64,000 bases of DNA from Rhodospirillaceae bacterium (GCA_002721365.1 PBKC01000037.1:29501-93500), one strand, 5' to 3'. Shown: positions 16,564-27,241, counted from the first letter of the stretch. Made by a program: numbers and translations. The notes: generated from the sequence alone by a model not told the origin.

Positions 16564-18636
16564 ATGAACGAAGGGGCGCAAGGAATACCCGATCGCGGGC
16601 CGGCGGACTGGTCTCCGGTCGGTGGCGAAGCAAAGCCGCCCTCAATTGAGCCGGCGCAGGGTCGCCCGGAATCCAGCAGCGATCCGACTGTCGGTGTCTT
16701 CAGCTATCGAGTCGGATTCCTCGCGCTTCTCGGCACGACCCTGCTCGGTGCCGCCGGCTGTGGCTACGGACTTCTGGTCGGTACCACGTTCGGTGCGCTG
16801 AGCTGGTGGGAATGGATCACGGTCCCCACCATGGGCGTCATCTGCGGCGCGTTCGCCCTGGTGCTGCTGGTGACGGGCGAGCGTCATCTGAAGCGTATCG
16901 CCGTTGGCGTGATCGTCTGGCTCAGCTTCTATCTTCTCAGCAACACGGCCAATGCTCTCTATTTCCTGCCGGAGAAGCTGACGGCCTTCGTCTACCTGCC
17001 ATGGATGATGGTTCTCTACGGCTTCATGGCCGCGGTGCTCAGCGCGCGGGCGGGTATCCGGGCCGCATGGGCCGTCTTCCTGGGTGTCGTCGCCATCGCC
17101 GTTCCCTTGATCGTCAGCGACCCGGAGTGGCGACCGGGGGTCGAGGCGGGCGACGCACTGATGATCAACATGTTCGCCCAGGCCGCGTTCATCGCGATGC
17201 TTTATGCGATGTCGACCTTCCGGGAGCGCCATGCGGCGACCGAGGCGCGGGCGGAAGCGCTTGCGGAGAGCGCCGCCAAGCTGGCGCGGATGGCGTTTCA
17301 CGACGTCCTGACGGGGCTTCCCAACCGATCGCTGGTCGAGGACCGGTTGACGAAGGCAATGGCGAGCGCCGAACGGGCCGGAGAGGGCGTTGCCGTCCAC
17401 TACATCGACCTCGACCACTTCAAGGACGTGAACGACACGCTCGGCCATGCGGCCGGCGACAAGATGCTGCAGGAAGTGGCTCGGCGGCTGCTCGCGCTGG
17501 TGCGCAAGACCGACACGGTCGGCCGTATGGGCGGGGACGAGTTCGTCATCGTCCAGCCGGCACTGCACTCGGCCCATGATGTGACCGCGCTCGGCCGGCG
17601 AATCCTGGCGACGCTGGCGCAGCCGGTGACCGTTGCCTCGACGGCGCTTGCGCCCGGTGCCAGCGTCGGTACCACGAGCTACCACTATCCGGCGCCTTTG
17701 GCGCCAGGTTCGAAGGCCGACCCGGAAGCCGCTCCGCCCCAGAAATATCCGGCGGATCTTCTCAGTGAAGCCGATGCCGCCCTGTTCGCGGCCAAGTCGG
17801 CGGGCCGGAACATGCAGCGGATGTTCGAGCCGGCCATGCTTGAGGAGGCCGACAAAAGGGTCCGCCTGCGCAGCGCTCTCCACCGGGCGATCGAGAAGCA
17901 GGAGTTCGTGCTCCACTTCCAGCCGCAGGTCGACCTCCGCAACAACACCCTCGTAGCAGCGGAAGCCCTGATCCGCTGGGAGGATCCCGAGCACGGATTG
18001 AGAGGACCCGGCGACTTCATCGGTGCGCTGGAAGCCTCCGGCGAGATCGTCGCCGTCGGCAACTGGGTCATTCAGCGGGCCTGTCTCGCCGCGGCCGGAT
18101 GGCAGGACAACTCTATCCGCGTGGCGGTGAACGTCTCGCCGGTCCAGCTCGAACGCGGGGATCTGGTTTCGATGGTCCGCTCGGCGCTGATCGAAAGCGG
18201 CTTGCGGCCCGACCGACTGGAGCTCGAGATCACCGAGAACGTCCTGGCGCGGGCGCAGGAAGCACGAATTCGGGAGGTGATGCGCGAACTGTCGGAGCTA
18301 GGAGTCCGGCTGGCGGTGGACGACTTCGGCACCGGCTATTCGTCGCTGCTCTATCTGCTCGAATTTCCGGTCGATACGCTGAAGATCGACCGGGCCTTCC
18401 TCGCCCAGATCGACTCCCGCAGCGTCGATCGGGCGATCGTGAAGGCCATCATCGCGTTCGCGCGCAGCATCAATATCGACGTCGTCGCCGAGGGCATCGA
18501 ACGCGACGCGCAGACCGAATACCTGCTTCAGGAAAGCTGCTGGTATGGTCAGGGCTTCCATCTCGCCCGGCCGATGACCCATGCCCAGCTCGTCGAGCGA
18601 TACAGGCTGCAGCAATTCTGGGAAGAGGCGTCCTGA
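16564..18636 (+). CDS. Membrane-anchored GGDEF-EAL protein
   Basis: About 6 N-terminal TM helices; HDVLTGLPNR; RKTD I-site with GGDEF; EALIRW, DDFGTGYSS and LKIDRAF. Confidence 0.93.
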   Translation: MNEGAQGIPDRGPADWSPVGGEAKPPSIEPAQGRPESSSDPTVGVFSYRVGFLALLGTTLLGAAGCGYGLLVGTTFGALSWWEWITVPTMGVICGAFALVLLVTGERHLKRIAVGVIVWLSFYLLSNTANALYFLPEKLTAFVYLPWMMVLYGFMAAVLSARAGIRAAWAVFLGVVAIAVPLIVSDPEWRPGVEAGDALMINMFAQAAFIAMLYAMSTFRERHAATEARAEALAESAAKLARMAFHDVLTGLPNRSLVEDRLTKAMASAERAGEGVAVHYIDLDHFKDVNDTLGHAAGDKMLQEVARRLLALVRKTDTVGRMGGDEFVIVQPALHSAHDVTALGRRILATLAQPVTVASTALAPGASVGTTSYHYPAPLAPGSKADPEAAPPQKYPADLLSEADAALFAAKSAGRNMQRMFEPAMLEEADKRVRLRSALHRAIEKQEFVLHFQPQVDLRNNTLVAAEALIRWEDPEHGLRGPGDFIGALEASGEIVAVGNWVIQRACLAAAGWQDNSIRVAVNVSPVQLERGDLVSMVRSALIESGLRPDRLELEITENVLARAQEARIREVMRELSELGVRLAVDDFGTGYSSLLYLLEFPVDTLKIDRAFLAQIDSRSVDRAIVKAIIAFARSINIDVVAEGIERDAQTEYLLQESCWYGQGFHLARPMTHAQLVERYRLQQFWEEAS

Positions 18637-18643
18637 ACGGTCG

Positions 18644-19105
18644 CTACCGTCCCTGCTGGTGGCTCTTGAGCTTGGCCTGGACGTCTGCCGCCATGTCCTC
18701 CTCGGTGGTCTTGCCGGGCAGGCCGGCGAGGTCGGTGAAGTAGGGCAGGCGGCTCTCGATCCCGTATTGGACGGTGGGGACCACCCGAGACGGGTCGTCG
18801 AGGCTGCCGAGGGCGACGCCGATGCGGTCGGTGTCGACGTAGCGGAAGCTGAGCGGAGTGCCGCAGGCCGGGCAGAAGCCGCGCTCTGCGATCGTCGAGC
18901 TCATGAACAGGCCGGGCGCACCGGCGGTCCAGGCGAAGTCGGCGTTCTTCACCGAAGCGAGTGGCGCGAAGAACGATCCGAACGCCTTCTGGCACATGCG
19001 GCAGTGGCAGATATGCGGATTGAACGGTTCGGCATAGAGCGCATAGCGCACCGCACCGCACTGGCACCCGCCGGTCATCACCGGCTCGCGTGCGGTCTCG
19101 GCCAT
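18644..19105 (-). CDS. GFA (CENP-V) family Zn-binding protein
   Basis: GGCQCGAVRY, CHCRMCQK and RGFCPACGTPL. Confidence 0.92.
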   Translation of the reverse strand: MAETAREPVMTGGCQCGAVRYALYAEPFNPHICHCRMCQKAFGSFFAPLASVKNADFAWTAGAPGLFMSSTIAERGFCPACGTPLSFRYVDTDRIGVALGSLDDPSRVVPTVQYGIESRLPYFTDLAGLPGKTTEEDMAADVQAKLKSHQQGR

Positions 19106-19191
19106 GGTTCCCTCCCTGATCGTGGTTGGTCGGAGGGAGATTAGGGCGGAACCGGCGCCGGGACTACGGTGCGGAAAGGCCGTCGCGTTAC

Positions 19192-19240
19192 CCCCACCTC
19201 ACCCCGACCCTCTCCCCCCAATGGGGCGGAGAGGGAGAGG
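19192..19240. repeat. Short palindromic repeat (CCCTCTCC...GGAGAGGG family), half-element
   Basis: cccacctcaccccgaccctctccccccaatggggcggagaggg is homologous to 27280-27325. Confidence 0.75.
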
Positions 19241-19256
19241 GAAGCCGTGCGCTTCA

Positions 19257-19390
19257 TCAAGCCCTCTCCCGTTGGGGGAGGGTTGGGAGGGGGAACGGCG
19301 TTTCAGGTTCGCGCGACGTCGGCAGCGTTCTACGGCATCCTTCCCCCTCCCCGGCTCTCCCCCTGGCGGGAGAGGGAGATTTCTGGAGGG
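19257..19390. repeat. ~130-bp palindromic interspersed element, copy A
   Basis: Its reverse complement aligns with 22496-22624 at both ends; terminal CCCTCTCCC..GGGGAGGG hairpins. Confidence 0.85.
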
Positions 19391-19402
19391 GAAAGGTGGC
19401 GG

Positions 19403-20347
19403 CTACCCCTCCGCGTCGAGGCCGGTGAGGTTGCGGGCGAAGGCGCGGGCTTCGAAGGGGCGGAGGTCCTCGGCGGTTTCGCCGACCCCGACCGCGTGGA
19501 TCGGGAGGCCGAAGCGCTCGGCGAGCGACACCACCACCCCGCCGCGGGCGGTGCCGTCGAGCTTGGTGACGACGAGGCCGGTGACGCCGGCGATCTCGCG
19601 GAAGATCTCGACCTGGCGGTGGGCGTTCTGGCCCGTCGTCGCGTCCAGGACCAGCAGGGTCGCGTGCGGCGCCTCGTCGTCGATCTTGTGGATCACCCGG
19701 ACGACCTTGGTGAGCTCGGCCATCAGGTCGGCCTTGTTGTGCAGGCGCCCGGCCGTGTCGATCAGCAGCACGTCGCGCCCTTCCTTCCGTGCCTGGGTGA
19801 GGGCGTCGTAGACGAGGCCGGCGGCATCGGCCCCGGTATCGCGGGCGATCACCGGCGCGCCGGTCCGTTCCCCCCACACCTGAAGCTGCTCGATCGCAGC
19901 GGCGCGGAAGGTGTCGCCGGCCGCCAGCATCACCGACTTGCCGGCATCGCGGAAATGCCTGGCGAGCTTGCCGATCGTCGTCGTCTTGCCGGTGCCGTTG
20001 ACCCCCACCACCAGCACGACGAACGGCTTGCGGGCGGGATCGGCCACCAGCGGTTGGGCGACGGGGGCCAGCGTCTTCTCGATCTCGTCGGCGACGAAGC
20101 CTTTGATCTCCTCAGGCGTCACTTCCTTGTCGTAGCGGCTTTTGGCCAGCGCCGCCGTCACCTTGGCCGCCGTCGGCGCGCCGAGATCGGCGGCGATCAG
20201 CAGTTCCTCCAGCTCCTCCAGCGCCTCGTCGTCCAGCCGACGCTTGGTAAAGAGGCCGGTGATGCCGCCGGTGAGCGACTGGGCGGAGCGGCTGAGGCCG
20301 GCACGGAGCCGCCCGAGCCAGCCCTTGGGCTTCGTCTCGGTGGTCAT
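19403..20347 (-). CDS. ftsY: Signal recognition particle receptor FtsY
   Basis: GVNGTGKTTTIGKLA, DTFRAAA, DTAGRLHNK and TKLDGTARGG. Confidence 0.97.
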   Translation of the reverse strand: MTTETKPKGWLGRLRAGLSRSAQSLTGGITGLFTKRRLDDEALEELEELLIAADLGAPTAAKVTAALAKSRYDKEVTPEEIKGFVADEIEKTLAPVAQPLVADPARKPFVVLVVGVNGTGKTTTIGKLARHFRDAGKSVMLAAGDTFRAAAIEQLQVWGERTGAPVIARDTGADAAGLVYDALTQARKEGRDVLLIDTAGRLHNKADLMAELTKVVRVIHKIDDEAPHATLLVLDATTGQNAHRQVEIFREIAGVTGLVVTKLDGTARGGVVVSLAERFGLPIHAVGVGETAEDLRPFEARAFARNLTGLDAEG

Positions 20348-21609
20348 AGGATGCTTCCCGTGAGCTCGGTTCCGTCGTGGCCGGTGACCCGTGCCGCCAC
20401 TACAGCGCCGGGGGCCAGGTCCTCCGCATCGACGCGGATCGGCGCGAAATGCTCGGTTCGGCCCAGGGACTCCTTCTCGACCAGCACCGCGACTTCGCCA
20501 CCGACCAGCCGGTCGAGCAGGCGCCGGAGGCCGGCGTCCCCGACCTCGCGCAGCATCGCCGCGCGCGCCTTGCGGACGTCGCCCGGCACCTGCGGCATGC
20601 GCGCGGCGGGGGTTCCCGGCCGCGGCGAATAGGGGAAGACGTGGAGGTAGGCGAGGTCCAGTTCCTCGACCAGGGCGAGGGTGTTGGCGAACATCGCCTC
20701 GTCCTCGGTGGGGAAGCCGGCGATCAGGTCGGCGCCGAACGCGGCTTCCGGCCGTACGGCCCGCACCGCCCGGCAGAAGCCGATGGCGTCGTCGCGGCTG
20801 TGCCGGCGCTTCATCCGCTTCAGCACCATGTCGTCGCCGGCCTGGAGGCTTAAGTGCAGATGCGGCATCAGCCTGGGCTCGTCAGCGATCAGGCGCATCA
20901 GGTCGTCGTCGATCTCCGCCGGATCGACCGAGGAGAGGCGAAGGCGCGGAAGCTCCGGCACCGCGGCGAGGATGCGGCGGGTCATCTGGCCCAGCGTCGG
21001 CGTGCCCGGCAGGTCGGCGCCGTAGGCGGTGATGTCGACGCCGGTCAGCACCACTTCCCGGTAGCCGTTAGCGACCAGCCCGCGGATTTCGGTGGCGATC
21101 TGGCCCATCGGTACGCTGCGGCTGTTGCCGCGGCCATAGGGAATCACGCAGAAGGTGCAGCGGTGGTCGCAGCCGGTCTGCACCTGGACGAAGGCCCGCG
21201 CCCGGCCGTCGAAGCCGGCGACGAGGTGGGAGGCGGTCTCGGTGACCGAGAAGATGTCGTTCACCGCGACGGCGGGTCCGTCGGGCGCGAAGGCCTGGGG
21301 CTCCAGCTTCTCGATATTGCCGAGCACGCGGTCGACCTCGGGCATCGCCGCATAGCCGCCGCCGTCGATCTGGGCGCCGCAGCCGGTGACGATGATGCGG
21401 GCGTCGGGGCGGGCGCGCCGTGCCCGCCGGATCGCCTGCCGTGCCTGGCGCTCGGCCTCGGCGGTGACGGCGCAGGTGTTGACGATGACCGCGTTCTCCA
21501 GCCCCGCCGCGGCCGCGTTCCGCCGCATCACTTCGGACTCATAAGTGTTGAGCCGGCAGCCGAAAGTGACGATCTCGACGCCCTGCTCTTGCGTGGCGGC
21601 AGTGCTCAC
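20344..21609 (-). CDS. mtaB: tRNA t6A37 methylthiotransferase MtaB
   Basis: TFGCRLN, NTCAVT and radical-SAM GCDHRCTFC; conserved dapF-mtaB-ftsY order. GTG 21609 overlaps the dapF stop. Confidence 0.93.
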   Translation of the reverse strand: MSTAATQEQGVEIVTFGCRLNTYESEVMRRNAAAAGLENAVIVNTCAVTAEAERQARQAIRRARRARPDARIIVTGCGAQIDGGGYAAMPEVDRVLGNIEKLEPQAFAPDGPAVAVNDIFSVTETASHLVAGFDGRARAFVQVQTGCDHRCTFCVIPYGRGNSRSVPMGQIATEIRGLVANGYREVVLTGVDITAYGADLPGTPTLGQMTRRILAAVPELPRLRLSSVDPAEIDDDLMRLIADEPRLMPHLHLSLQAGDDMVLKRMKRRHSRDDAIGFCRAVRAVRPEAAFGADLIAGFPTEDEAMFANTLALVEELDLAYLHVFPYSPRPGTPAARMPQVPGDVRKARAAMLREVGDAGLRRLLDRLVGGEVAVLVEKESLGRTEHFAPIRVDAEDLAPGAVVAARVTGHDGTELTGSIL

Positions 21610-22439
21610 GGCAGCAGGTCCGGGGCCAGGACGCCCATGAAGCTCACCGCCACCGGGCCGGTCATATAGACGTGGCCGTCCTCGTCCGCTTCCCATTCGA
21701 TCGACAGGCTGCCGCCGTCGATGACGATCTCGGCGCTGCGCCCGGTGAGGCCGCGTCGGCTCGCCGCGACCAGCGCCGCGCAGGCCCCCGTCCCGCAGGC
21801 GCGGGTCAGGCCGGCACCGCGCTCCCATACCCTCAGGCGAATACGGTCCGGCGCCTGGACCTCGGCGACGCCGATATTGGCACGTTCGGGGAACAAGGGG
21901 TGATGCTCCAGTCCCGGCCCCAGCGCGGCGATGTCGATGCGGGTGACGTCGTCGACGAAGAACACCGCGTGTGGGTTCCCCATGCTCACCCCCACCGGGT
22001 CGGTGAGCGGCCCGGACTCGAGGCCGAGATGCAGCGTGTCGCGCTCCTCGGCCAGGGGAATGTCGCGCCAGTCATAGCGCGGCGGCCCCATGTCGATGCG
22101 GATTCGCCCCGGGCCGGCGACGGTGGCGCTCAAAGGGCCGCTCGCGGTCTCGATGACGGCGCTGTCCTGTCCGCCCTCGTGCAGCACCACCCAGCCGACG
22201 CAGCGCGCGGCATTGCCGCAGGCCCCGACCTCGCCGCCGTCGGCGTTGTAGATGCGCATGAAGACGTCGGCGTCGTCCGAGGGCTCCAGCACGATCAACT
22301 GGTCGCAGCCGACGCCGGTATGCCGGTCGGCCAGCGCCCGCACCCGCTCCTCGTTCAGGTCGACAGGGCGCGTGCGGTCGTCGAGAACGACGAAGTCGTT
22401 CCCCAGCCCGTGCATCTTCATGAAAGGGTGGCCGTCCAT
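21606..22439 (-). CDS. dapF: Diaminopimelate epimerase
   Basis: [23 protein letters not shown] and [17 protein letters not shown]. Confidence 0.96.
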   Translation of the reverse strand: MDGHPFMKMHGLGNDFVVLDDRTRPVDLNEERVRALADRHTGVGCDQLIVLEPSDDADVFMRIYNADGGEVGACGNAARCVGWVVLHEGGQDSAVIETASGPLSATVAGPGRIRIDMGPPRYDWRDIPLAEERDTLHLGLESGPLTDPVGVSMGNPHAVFFVDDVTRIDIAALGPGLEHHPLFPERANIGVAEVQAPDRIRLRVWERGAGLTRACGTGACAALVAASRRGLTGRSAEIVIDGGSLSIEWEADEDGHVYMTGPVAVSFMGVLAPDLLP

Positions 22440-22495
22440 GCGCCGCTTATATGGCCCAACGCCCCCGCCCGTCCAACCGCCATTTACTCTTTCCG

Positions 22496-22624
22496 CCCTC
22501 CAGAAAGTCCCTCTACCGCCAGGGGGAGGGCCGGGGAGGGGGAAGGAAGCCGCAACGGACATTGCCGACTCCGCTCCCACCGCCGGTCCCTCTCCCAACC
22601 CTCCCTCAGCGGGAGAGGGCTTGA
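22496..22624. repeat. ~130-bp palindromic interspersed element, copy B (inverted relative to copy A)
   Basis: ccctccagaaagtccctctaccgccagggggagggccggggagggggaagg...ccctctcccaaccctccctcagcgggagagggcttga matches the reverse complement of 19257-19390. Confidence 0.85.
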
Positions 22625-22661
22625 ACGGAGCGCGTCTCCGAGAGCGATAGCCCATCCCCCA

Positions 22662-22734
22662 TCGTCGCCCCCGCGCAGGCGGGGGCCCAGCAAGCGGCGC
22701 GGCCTCTGGGTTCCCGCCTACGCGGGAACGACGA
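22662..22734. repeat. REP-like doublet (CCCGCGCAGGCGGG family)
   Basis: cccgcgcaggcggg...ccag / ctgg...cccgcctacgcggg inverted pair; homolog at 33151-33243. Confidence 0.8.
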
Positions 22735-22792
22735 ACGACACGGGTGGCGAACCCGCTACAATCGCCTCATCCCCCACCGGACCCGCCATCCG

Positions 22793-23281
22793 ATGCCCCA
22801 GCCCGCCCACAGCCAGATCCGCCCCTACCGGTCCGACGACGCCCCGGCCCTCTCCGCCCTCTACCGGCGTTCGGTGGAAGTCCTCGGCCCCCGCCATTAC
22901 ACGCCCGCGCAGGTCGCCGCCTGGGCCTCGCTCACCCCAGACCCCGAAGCGATGCATGCCCGATGCGCCGGCCCCGGCCGCGCTGCCCTGGTTGCGGTGG
23001 ACGCGGCCGACCGCCCGGTCGCCTTCGCCGTGCTGGAATCTGATGGCCACATCGACCTCTTCTATGCCGCCCCGGAAGCCGCCGGCAGCGGCACGGCCAC
23101 AGCACTCTTGTGCGCTGTGGAAGGGGAGGCACGAGAGCTGGGGGGTGCCGCTCTTCATGTCGAGGCGAGCGAAGGAGCGAGGAGCCTATTCCTGAAGCGG
23201 GGCTTCGCGACTGTCGCTCGGCGAGACTTCGAGGTTGGGAATGTGGCCATCCACAACTACGCGATGCGCAAGCCGAGCTAG
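22793..23281 (+). CDS. GNAT family N-acetyltransferase
   Basis: IRPYRSDD, YTPAQVAAWA, GHIDLFY..P...GSGTATALL and EASEGARSLFLKRGF. Confidence 0.88.
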   Translation: MPQPAHSQIRPYRSDDAPALSALYRRSVEVLGPRHYTPAQVAAWASLTPDPEAMHARCAGPGRAALVAVDAADRPVAFAVLESDGHIDLFYAAPEAAGSGTATALLCAVEGEARELGGAALHVEASEGARSLFLKRGFATVARRDFEVGNVAIHNYAMRKPS

Positions 23282-23293
23282 CGAGAAACCGCC

Positions 23294-23400
23294 CATCATC
23301 GTCGTCGCGAGGAGCGTGGTGACGAAGCGATCCAGTCTCCCAGAGCCGCGCCGGCTCGCTGGATCGCCGCGGCTCTTCGGGCCTCGCGATGACGGTGATG
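23294..23400. repeat. Palindromic element (GTC.TCGCGAGG...GATCCAG / CTGGATC...CCTCGCGATGAC family)
   Basis: Long imperfect inverted repeat catcatcgtcgtcgcgagg...cctcgcgatgacggtgatg, resembling alphaproteobacterial RPE/REP elements. Confidence 0.7.
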
Positions 23401-23414
23401 GATGGTCCCCCGAC

Positions 23415-23443
23415 TTGACTCCTCAACCCACCGGCGTTATGTG
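23415..23443 (+). promoter_or_regulatory. sigma70-like promoter of ffh operon
   Basis: TTGACT-N17-TATGTG about 85 bp upstream of the ffh ATG. Confidence 0.45.
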
Positions 23444-23528
23444 CTGCCTGCTGCGGGCACGGCCCCCTATGGGCCGGGGTCCCGCTGCGCTTTGGCGCAT
23501 GATCAACTGTCCGGGTAGAGACTAGAGT

Positions 23529-24878
23529 ATGTTCGAGACCCTGTCGGGCCGGCTGGGTGACGTTTTCGACCGTCTGCGCAAGCGTGGGTCTCTGAGCGAG
23601 GCCGACGTCACCGCGGCGCTGCGCGAGGTGCGCGTGGCGTTGCTGGAGGCCGACGTCGCGCTGCCGGTGGTCAAGAGCTTCGTCGACAAGGTGCGGAACC
23701 GCGCCGTCGGAAGCGAGGTCCTGCGCAGCGTCACGCCCGGCCAGATGGTGGTCAAGATCGTCCACGACCAGCTGGTCGAGATGCTGGGCGCGGAGGCGAG
23801 CGACCTCGACCTCGAGGTGGTGCCGCCGGCGGTGATCATGCTGGTCGGCCTTCAGGGCTCGGGTAAGACGACGACCACCGCGAAGATCGGCCGCCGCCTC
23901 GCCAAGCGCGACAAGAAGAAGGTCATGCTGGCCTCGCTCGACGTGCAGCGCCCGGCGGCGCAGGAGCAGCTCGCGGTTCTCGGCGAGCAGGCCGAAGTGA
24001 ACACCCTGCCGATCGTCAAGGGCGAGACCCCGGCGACGATTGCCAAGCGGGCGATGCAGGCGGCACGCTTCGGCGGCTACGACGTGGTGCTGCTGGATAC
24101 CGCCGGACGTTTGCATATCGACGAGGCGCTGATGAGCGAGCTCGTCGAGGTGCGCGATATCTCGAAGCCCGCCGAGACCCTGCTGGTCGCCGATTCGCTG
24201 ACTGGCCAGGACGCGGTTAATATCGCCCAGCAGTTCAACGATCGGATCGGCCTGTCGGGCATCGTGCTGACCCGCGTCGACGGCGACGGACGCGGCGGCG
24301 CGGCCTTGAGCATGCGCGCGGTCACCGGCTGCCCGATCAAGCTGGTCGGTGTCGGCGAGCGGCTGGACGCGCTGGAAGGCTTCCACCCCGACCGCATCGC
24401 GTCCCGCATCCTCGGCATGGGCGACGTGGTGTCGCTGGTCGAGAAGGCGGCCGAGTCGATCGAGCAGGAAGAGGCAGAGAAGCTCGCCCGCAAGATGCAG
24501 AAGGGCGGCTTCGACCTCGACGACTTCGCCAGCCAGATCCGCCAGATGCGCAAGCTCGGCGGCATGGGCGGGTTGATGGGCATGCTGCCCGGGGTCGGCA
24601 AGATGAAGAAGCAGCTGGCCGGCGCCAATGTCGACGACAGCATTCTGGTGAAGACGGAGGCGATCATCAGCTCGATGACGCCGACCGAGCGCCGCAACGC
24701 CAAGGTCATTCACGCATCGCGCAAACGCCGCATCGCCGCCGGGTCGGGGACGACGGTGCAGGACGTGAACCGGGTCCTCAAGCAGTACAAGGACCTGAGC
24801 GTGATGATGAAGAAGGTCAACAAGATGGGGCAGAAGGGTCTCATGCGGCACGGGCTTCAGGGCCTGATGCCGCGATAG
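23529..24878 (+). CDS. ffh: Signal recognition particle protein Ffh
   Basis: [34 protein letters not shown] and Met-rich M domain. Confidence 0.98.
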   Translation: MFETLSGRLGDVFDRLRKRGSLSEADVTAALREVRVALLEADVALPVVKSFVDKVRNRAVGSEVLRSVTPGQMVVKIVHDQLVEMLGAEASDLDLEVVPPAVIMLVGLQGSGKTTTTAKIGRRLAKRDKKKVMLASLDVQRPAAQEQLAVLGEQAEVNTLPIVKGETPATIAKRAMQAARFGGYDVVLLDTAGRLHIDEALMSELVEVRDISKPAETLLVADSLTGQDAVNIAQQFNDRIGLSGIVLTRVDGDGRGGAALSMRAVTGCPIKLVGVGERLDALEGFHPDRIASRILGMGDVVSLVEKAAESIEQEEAEKLARKMQKGGFDLDDFASQIRQMRKLGGMGGLMGMLPGVGKMKKQLAGANVDDSILVKTEAIISSMTPTERRNAKVIHASRKRRIAAGSGTTVQDVNRVLKQYKDLSVMMKKVNKMGQKGLMRHGLQGLMPR

Positions 24879-24951
24879 CCGCTCTTCAACCCGGCCCCAT
24901 TCCCTGATACGTAGCAGCCCTTATTTCGAGAACCGGAGGACCAGGACCCCT

Positions 24952-25398
24952 ATGCCTTTGAGGATTCGGCTCAGCCGCGCCGGCGCACGCAAGCGTCCGC
25001 ACTACCGTATCGTCGTCGCCGATTCGCGGAGCCCCCGCGACGGCCGCTTCATCGAGAAGCTCGGCACCTACAACCCGCTGCTGGAGCGCGAGCACCCGGA
25101 ACGCCTGAAGGTGGACGGCGAGCGCGCCAAGTACTGGCTCGGCCAGGGCGCCCAGGCGTCGGAGCGGGTGCAGGTTCTGTTGGGTACGGCCCAGGTCATC
25201 GAGCCGCCGGCCCACCGCGAGCGCCCGCAGAAGAGCAAGCCCAAGGCCAAGGCGCAGGAGCGCCTGAAGGAAGCGGCGGATCGCGCCGAGGCGGCGGCCA
25301 AGGCCAAGGCCGAGGCGGAAGCCGCGCCGGCCGAGGAAGCGGCTCCGGCGGAGGAGGCTCCGGCCGAAGAGGCCCAGGCCGAGGGCGGCGCCGCCTGA
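24952..25398 (+). CDS. rpsP: 30S ribosomal protein S16 (Ala/Glu-rich tail)
   Basis: [38 protein letters not shown]. Confidence 0.97.
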   Translation: MPLRIRLSRAGARKRPHYRIVVADSRSPRDGRFIEKLGTYNPLLEREHPERLKVDGERAKYWLGQGAQASERVQVLLGTAQVIEPPAHRERPQKSKPKAKAQERLKEAADRAEAAAKAKAEAEAAPAEEAAPAEEAPAEEAQAEGGAA

Positions 25399-25411
25399 TC
25401 GACGCCCGGTC

Positions 25412-25993
25412 ATGGCGCGGGACGGCGCGGCCGACCGCCTGATCCTGGTCGGCGCGGTCACCGCGCCCCACGGCGTTCAGGGCGCGGTCAAGGTCAAGAG
25501 CTTCACCGCCGATCCCGAGGCGCTGGCGGTTCTGCCCCTCCACGATCAGGAGGGGCGGCGGGTCCGGCTCAAGGTCCTCTCGGCGCGGGGTGACGTCCTG
25601 ATCGCCCGAATTGCCGGGACGAGTGACAGGAACGCGGCCGAGCGGTTGAGGGGCACCCGGCTGTTCGTCCCGCGCGAGGCGCTGGACGAGCCTGACGAGG
25701 ACGAGTTCTACCATGCCGACCTGATCGGGCTTCGCGCCGAGCGCGCCGACGGATCGCTGGTAGGGACGGTCGCGGCGATGCACGATTTCGGTGCCGGCGA
25801 TCTCGTCGAGGTGAAGACCGAGGCCGGCAAGGCGGTGCTTCTGCCGTTCGACCGCGACACGGTGCCGGTGGTCGACGTGGCCGGTGGGCGGCTGGTGGTC
25901 GACCCGCCGCACGGTCTGATCGATGGCGAGGACGGGGCCCCGGAGGAAGGCGCGCCCGACGGCGAAGACGGCGAGGACGGGACGGAACGGTGA
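25412..25993 (+). CDS. rimM: Ribosome maturation factor RimM
   Basis: [24 protein letters not shown] and [10 protein letters not shown]; position in the rpsP operon. Confidence 0.95.
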   Translation: MARDGAADRLILVGAVTAPHGVQGAVKVKSFTADPEALAVLPLHDQEGRRVRLKVLSARGDVLIARIAGTSDRNAAERLRGTRLFVPREALDEPDEDEFYHADLIGLRAERADGSLVGTVAAMHDFGAGDLVEVKTEAGKAVLLPFDRDTVPVVDVAGGRLVVDPPHGLIDGEDGAPEEGAPDGEDGEDGTER

Positions 25994-26745
25994 GCGGGGA
26001 GACGGCAGCGGGTCGCCCGGCCTGGACGGTATCGGTGCTGACGATCTTCCCGGAGATGTTTCCGGGGCCGCTCGGCGCCTCGATTGCCGGCCGGGCGCTC
26101 GAAGAGGGCGTCTGGGGACTGGAAACGGTGGACATCCGCGCTTTCGCGCGCGATAAACACCGCTCGGTCGACGACGCTCCGTTCGGGGGCGGGCCGGGGA
26201 TGGTGATGCGCCCCGACGTGCTGGCCGATGCCATCGATGCCGCCCGGTCTGGGGCTGAGGGAGAGCGACTGGTCTACCTCACGCCGCGGGGGCGGCGTCT
26301 CGATCAGGCCCTGGTCCGCTCGCTCGCTACGGCGCCGCGGGTGGTGGTCTTATGCGGGCGCTTCGAAGGCATCGACGAGCGTGTCATCGAGGTGTGCGGC
26401 CTGGAGGAGATCAGCATCGGCGACTTCGTCCTGTCGGGCGGGGAGCCGGCGGCGATTGCCTTGATCGACGCCTGCGTGCGGTTGCTTCCCGGCGTGGTCG
26501 GCGACGAGCAGGGGCTGGTCGAGGAGAGTTTCGAAGGGGATCTCCTGGAGTATCCCCACTATACGCGGCCCCGCGAATGGCGCGGGCTCGCGGTGCCGGA
26601 GGTTCTGCTGTCCGGCAATCACGAGTTGATCCGTGCGTGGCGGCGCGCGGAGGCGGAAAGGATCACCAAGGCGCGCCGCGCCGATCTGTGGAGCCGGTAC
26701 GTCACCGCCTGGACGTCGGGCGGCAAGAGGGAAGTCGAGGACTAG
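25990..26745 (+). CDS. trmD: tRNA (guanine-N1)-methyltransferase TrmD
   Basis: [35 protein letters not shown] and LEYPHYTRP. Confidence 0.97.
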   Translation: MSGETAAGRPAWTVSVLTIFPEMFPGPLGASIAGRALEEGVWGLETVDIRAFARDKHRSVDDAPFGGGPGMVMRPDVLADAIDAARSGAEGERLVYLTPRGRRLDQALVRSLATAPRVVVLCGRFEGIDERVIEVCGLEEISIGDFVLSGGEPAAIALIDACVRLLPGVVGDEQGLVEESFEGDLLEYPHYTRPREWRGLAVPEVLLSGNHELIRAWRRAEAERITKARRADLWSRYVTAWTSGGKREVED

Positions 26746-26749
26746 AGCG

Positions 26750-27241
26750 ATGAACATTATCCAGCAGCTCGAGCACGAGCAGATCTCGAAGGCGGTCGCG
26801 GCGCGTCCGGTGCCGCTGTTCACGCCGGGCGACACCGTGCGTGTCAATGTGCGCGTCGTCGAAGGCACGCGCGAGCGCGTTCAGGCGTTCGAGGGCGTGG
26901 TCATCGCCCGCTCGAACAAGGGCCTGAATTCGTCCTTCACCGTGCGCAAGCTGAGCTATGGCGAGGCGGTCGAGCGAATCTTTCCGCTCTACTCGCCGCT
27001 GATCGAGAGCATCGAGGTGGTGCGGCGCGGCGCGGTGCGCCGGGCCAAGCTCTACTACCTCCGCGGCCGCACCGGTAAGGCGGCGCGTATCTTCGAGGTG
27101 GCGGGCACCCGCGCTCAGAAGGCCCGCGCAGCCGTTCAGGCCGAGCAGCAGCAGCAGGACGAGTTGGCCGCCGAAGGCCGCGAGGTCGCCGCCGCCGAAG
27201 CCGCGGCCGATACGGAAGACCAGGCCGAAAACCAGGAGTAA
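26750..27241 (+). CDS. rplS: 50S ribosomal protein L19
   Basis: [19 protein letters not shown] and [10 protein letters not shown]. Confidence 0.97.
   Translation: MNIIQQLEHEQISKAVAARPVPLFTPGDTVRVNVRVVEGTRERVQAFEGVVIARSNKGLNSSFTVRKLSYGEAVERIFPLYSPLIESIEVVRRGAVRRAKLYYLRGRTGKAARIFEVAGTRAQKARAAVQAEQQQQDELAAEGREVAAAEAAADTEDQAENQE

Noticed and set aside
25300-25398. AEEAAP-type tandem repeats in the S16 tail and acidic tails on RimM and L19
   Set aside because: Low-complexity extensions are common on these alphaproteobacterial proteins.
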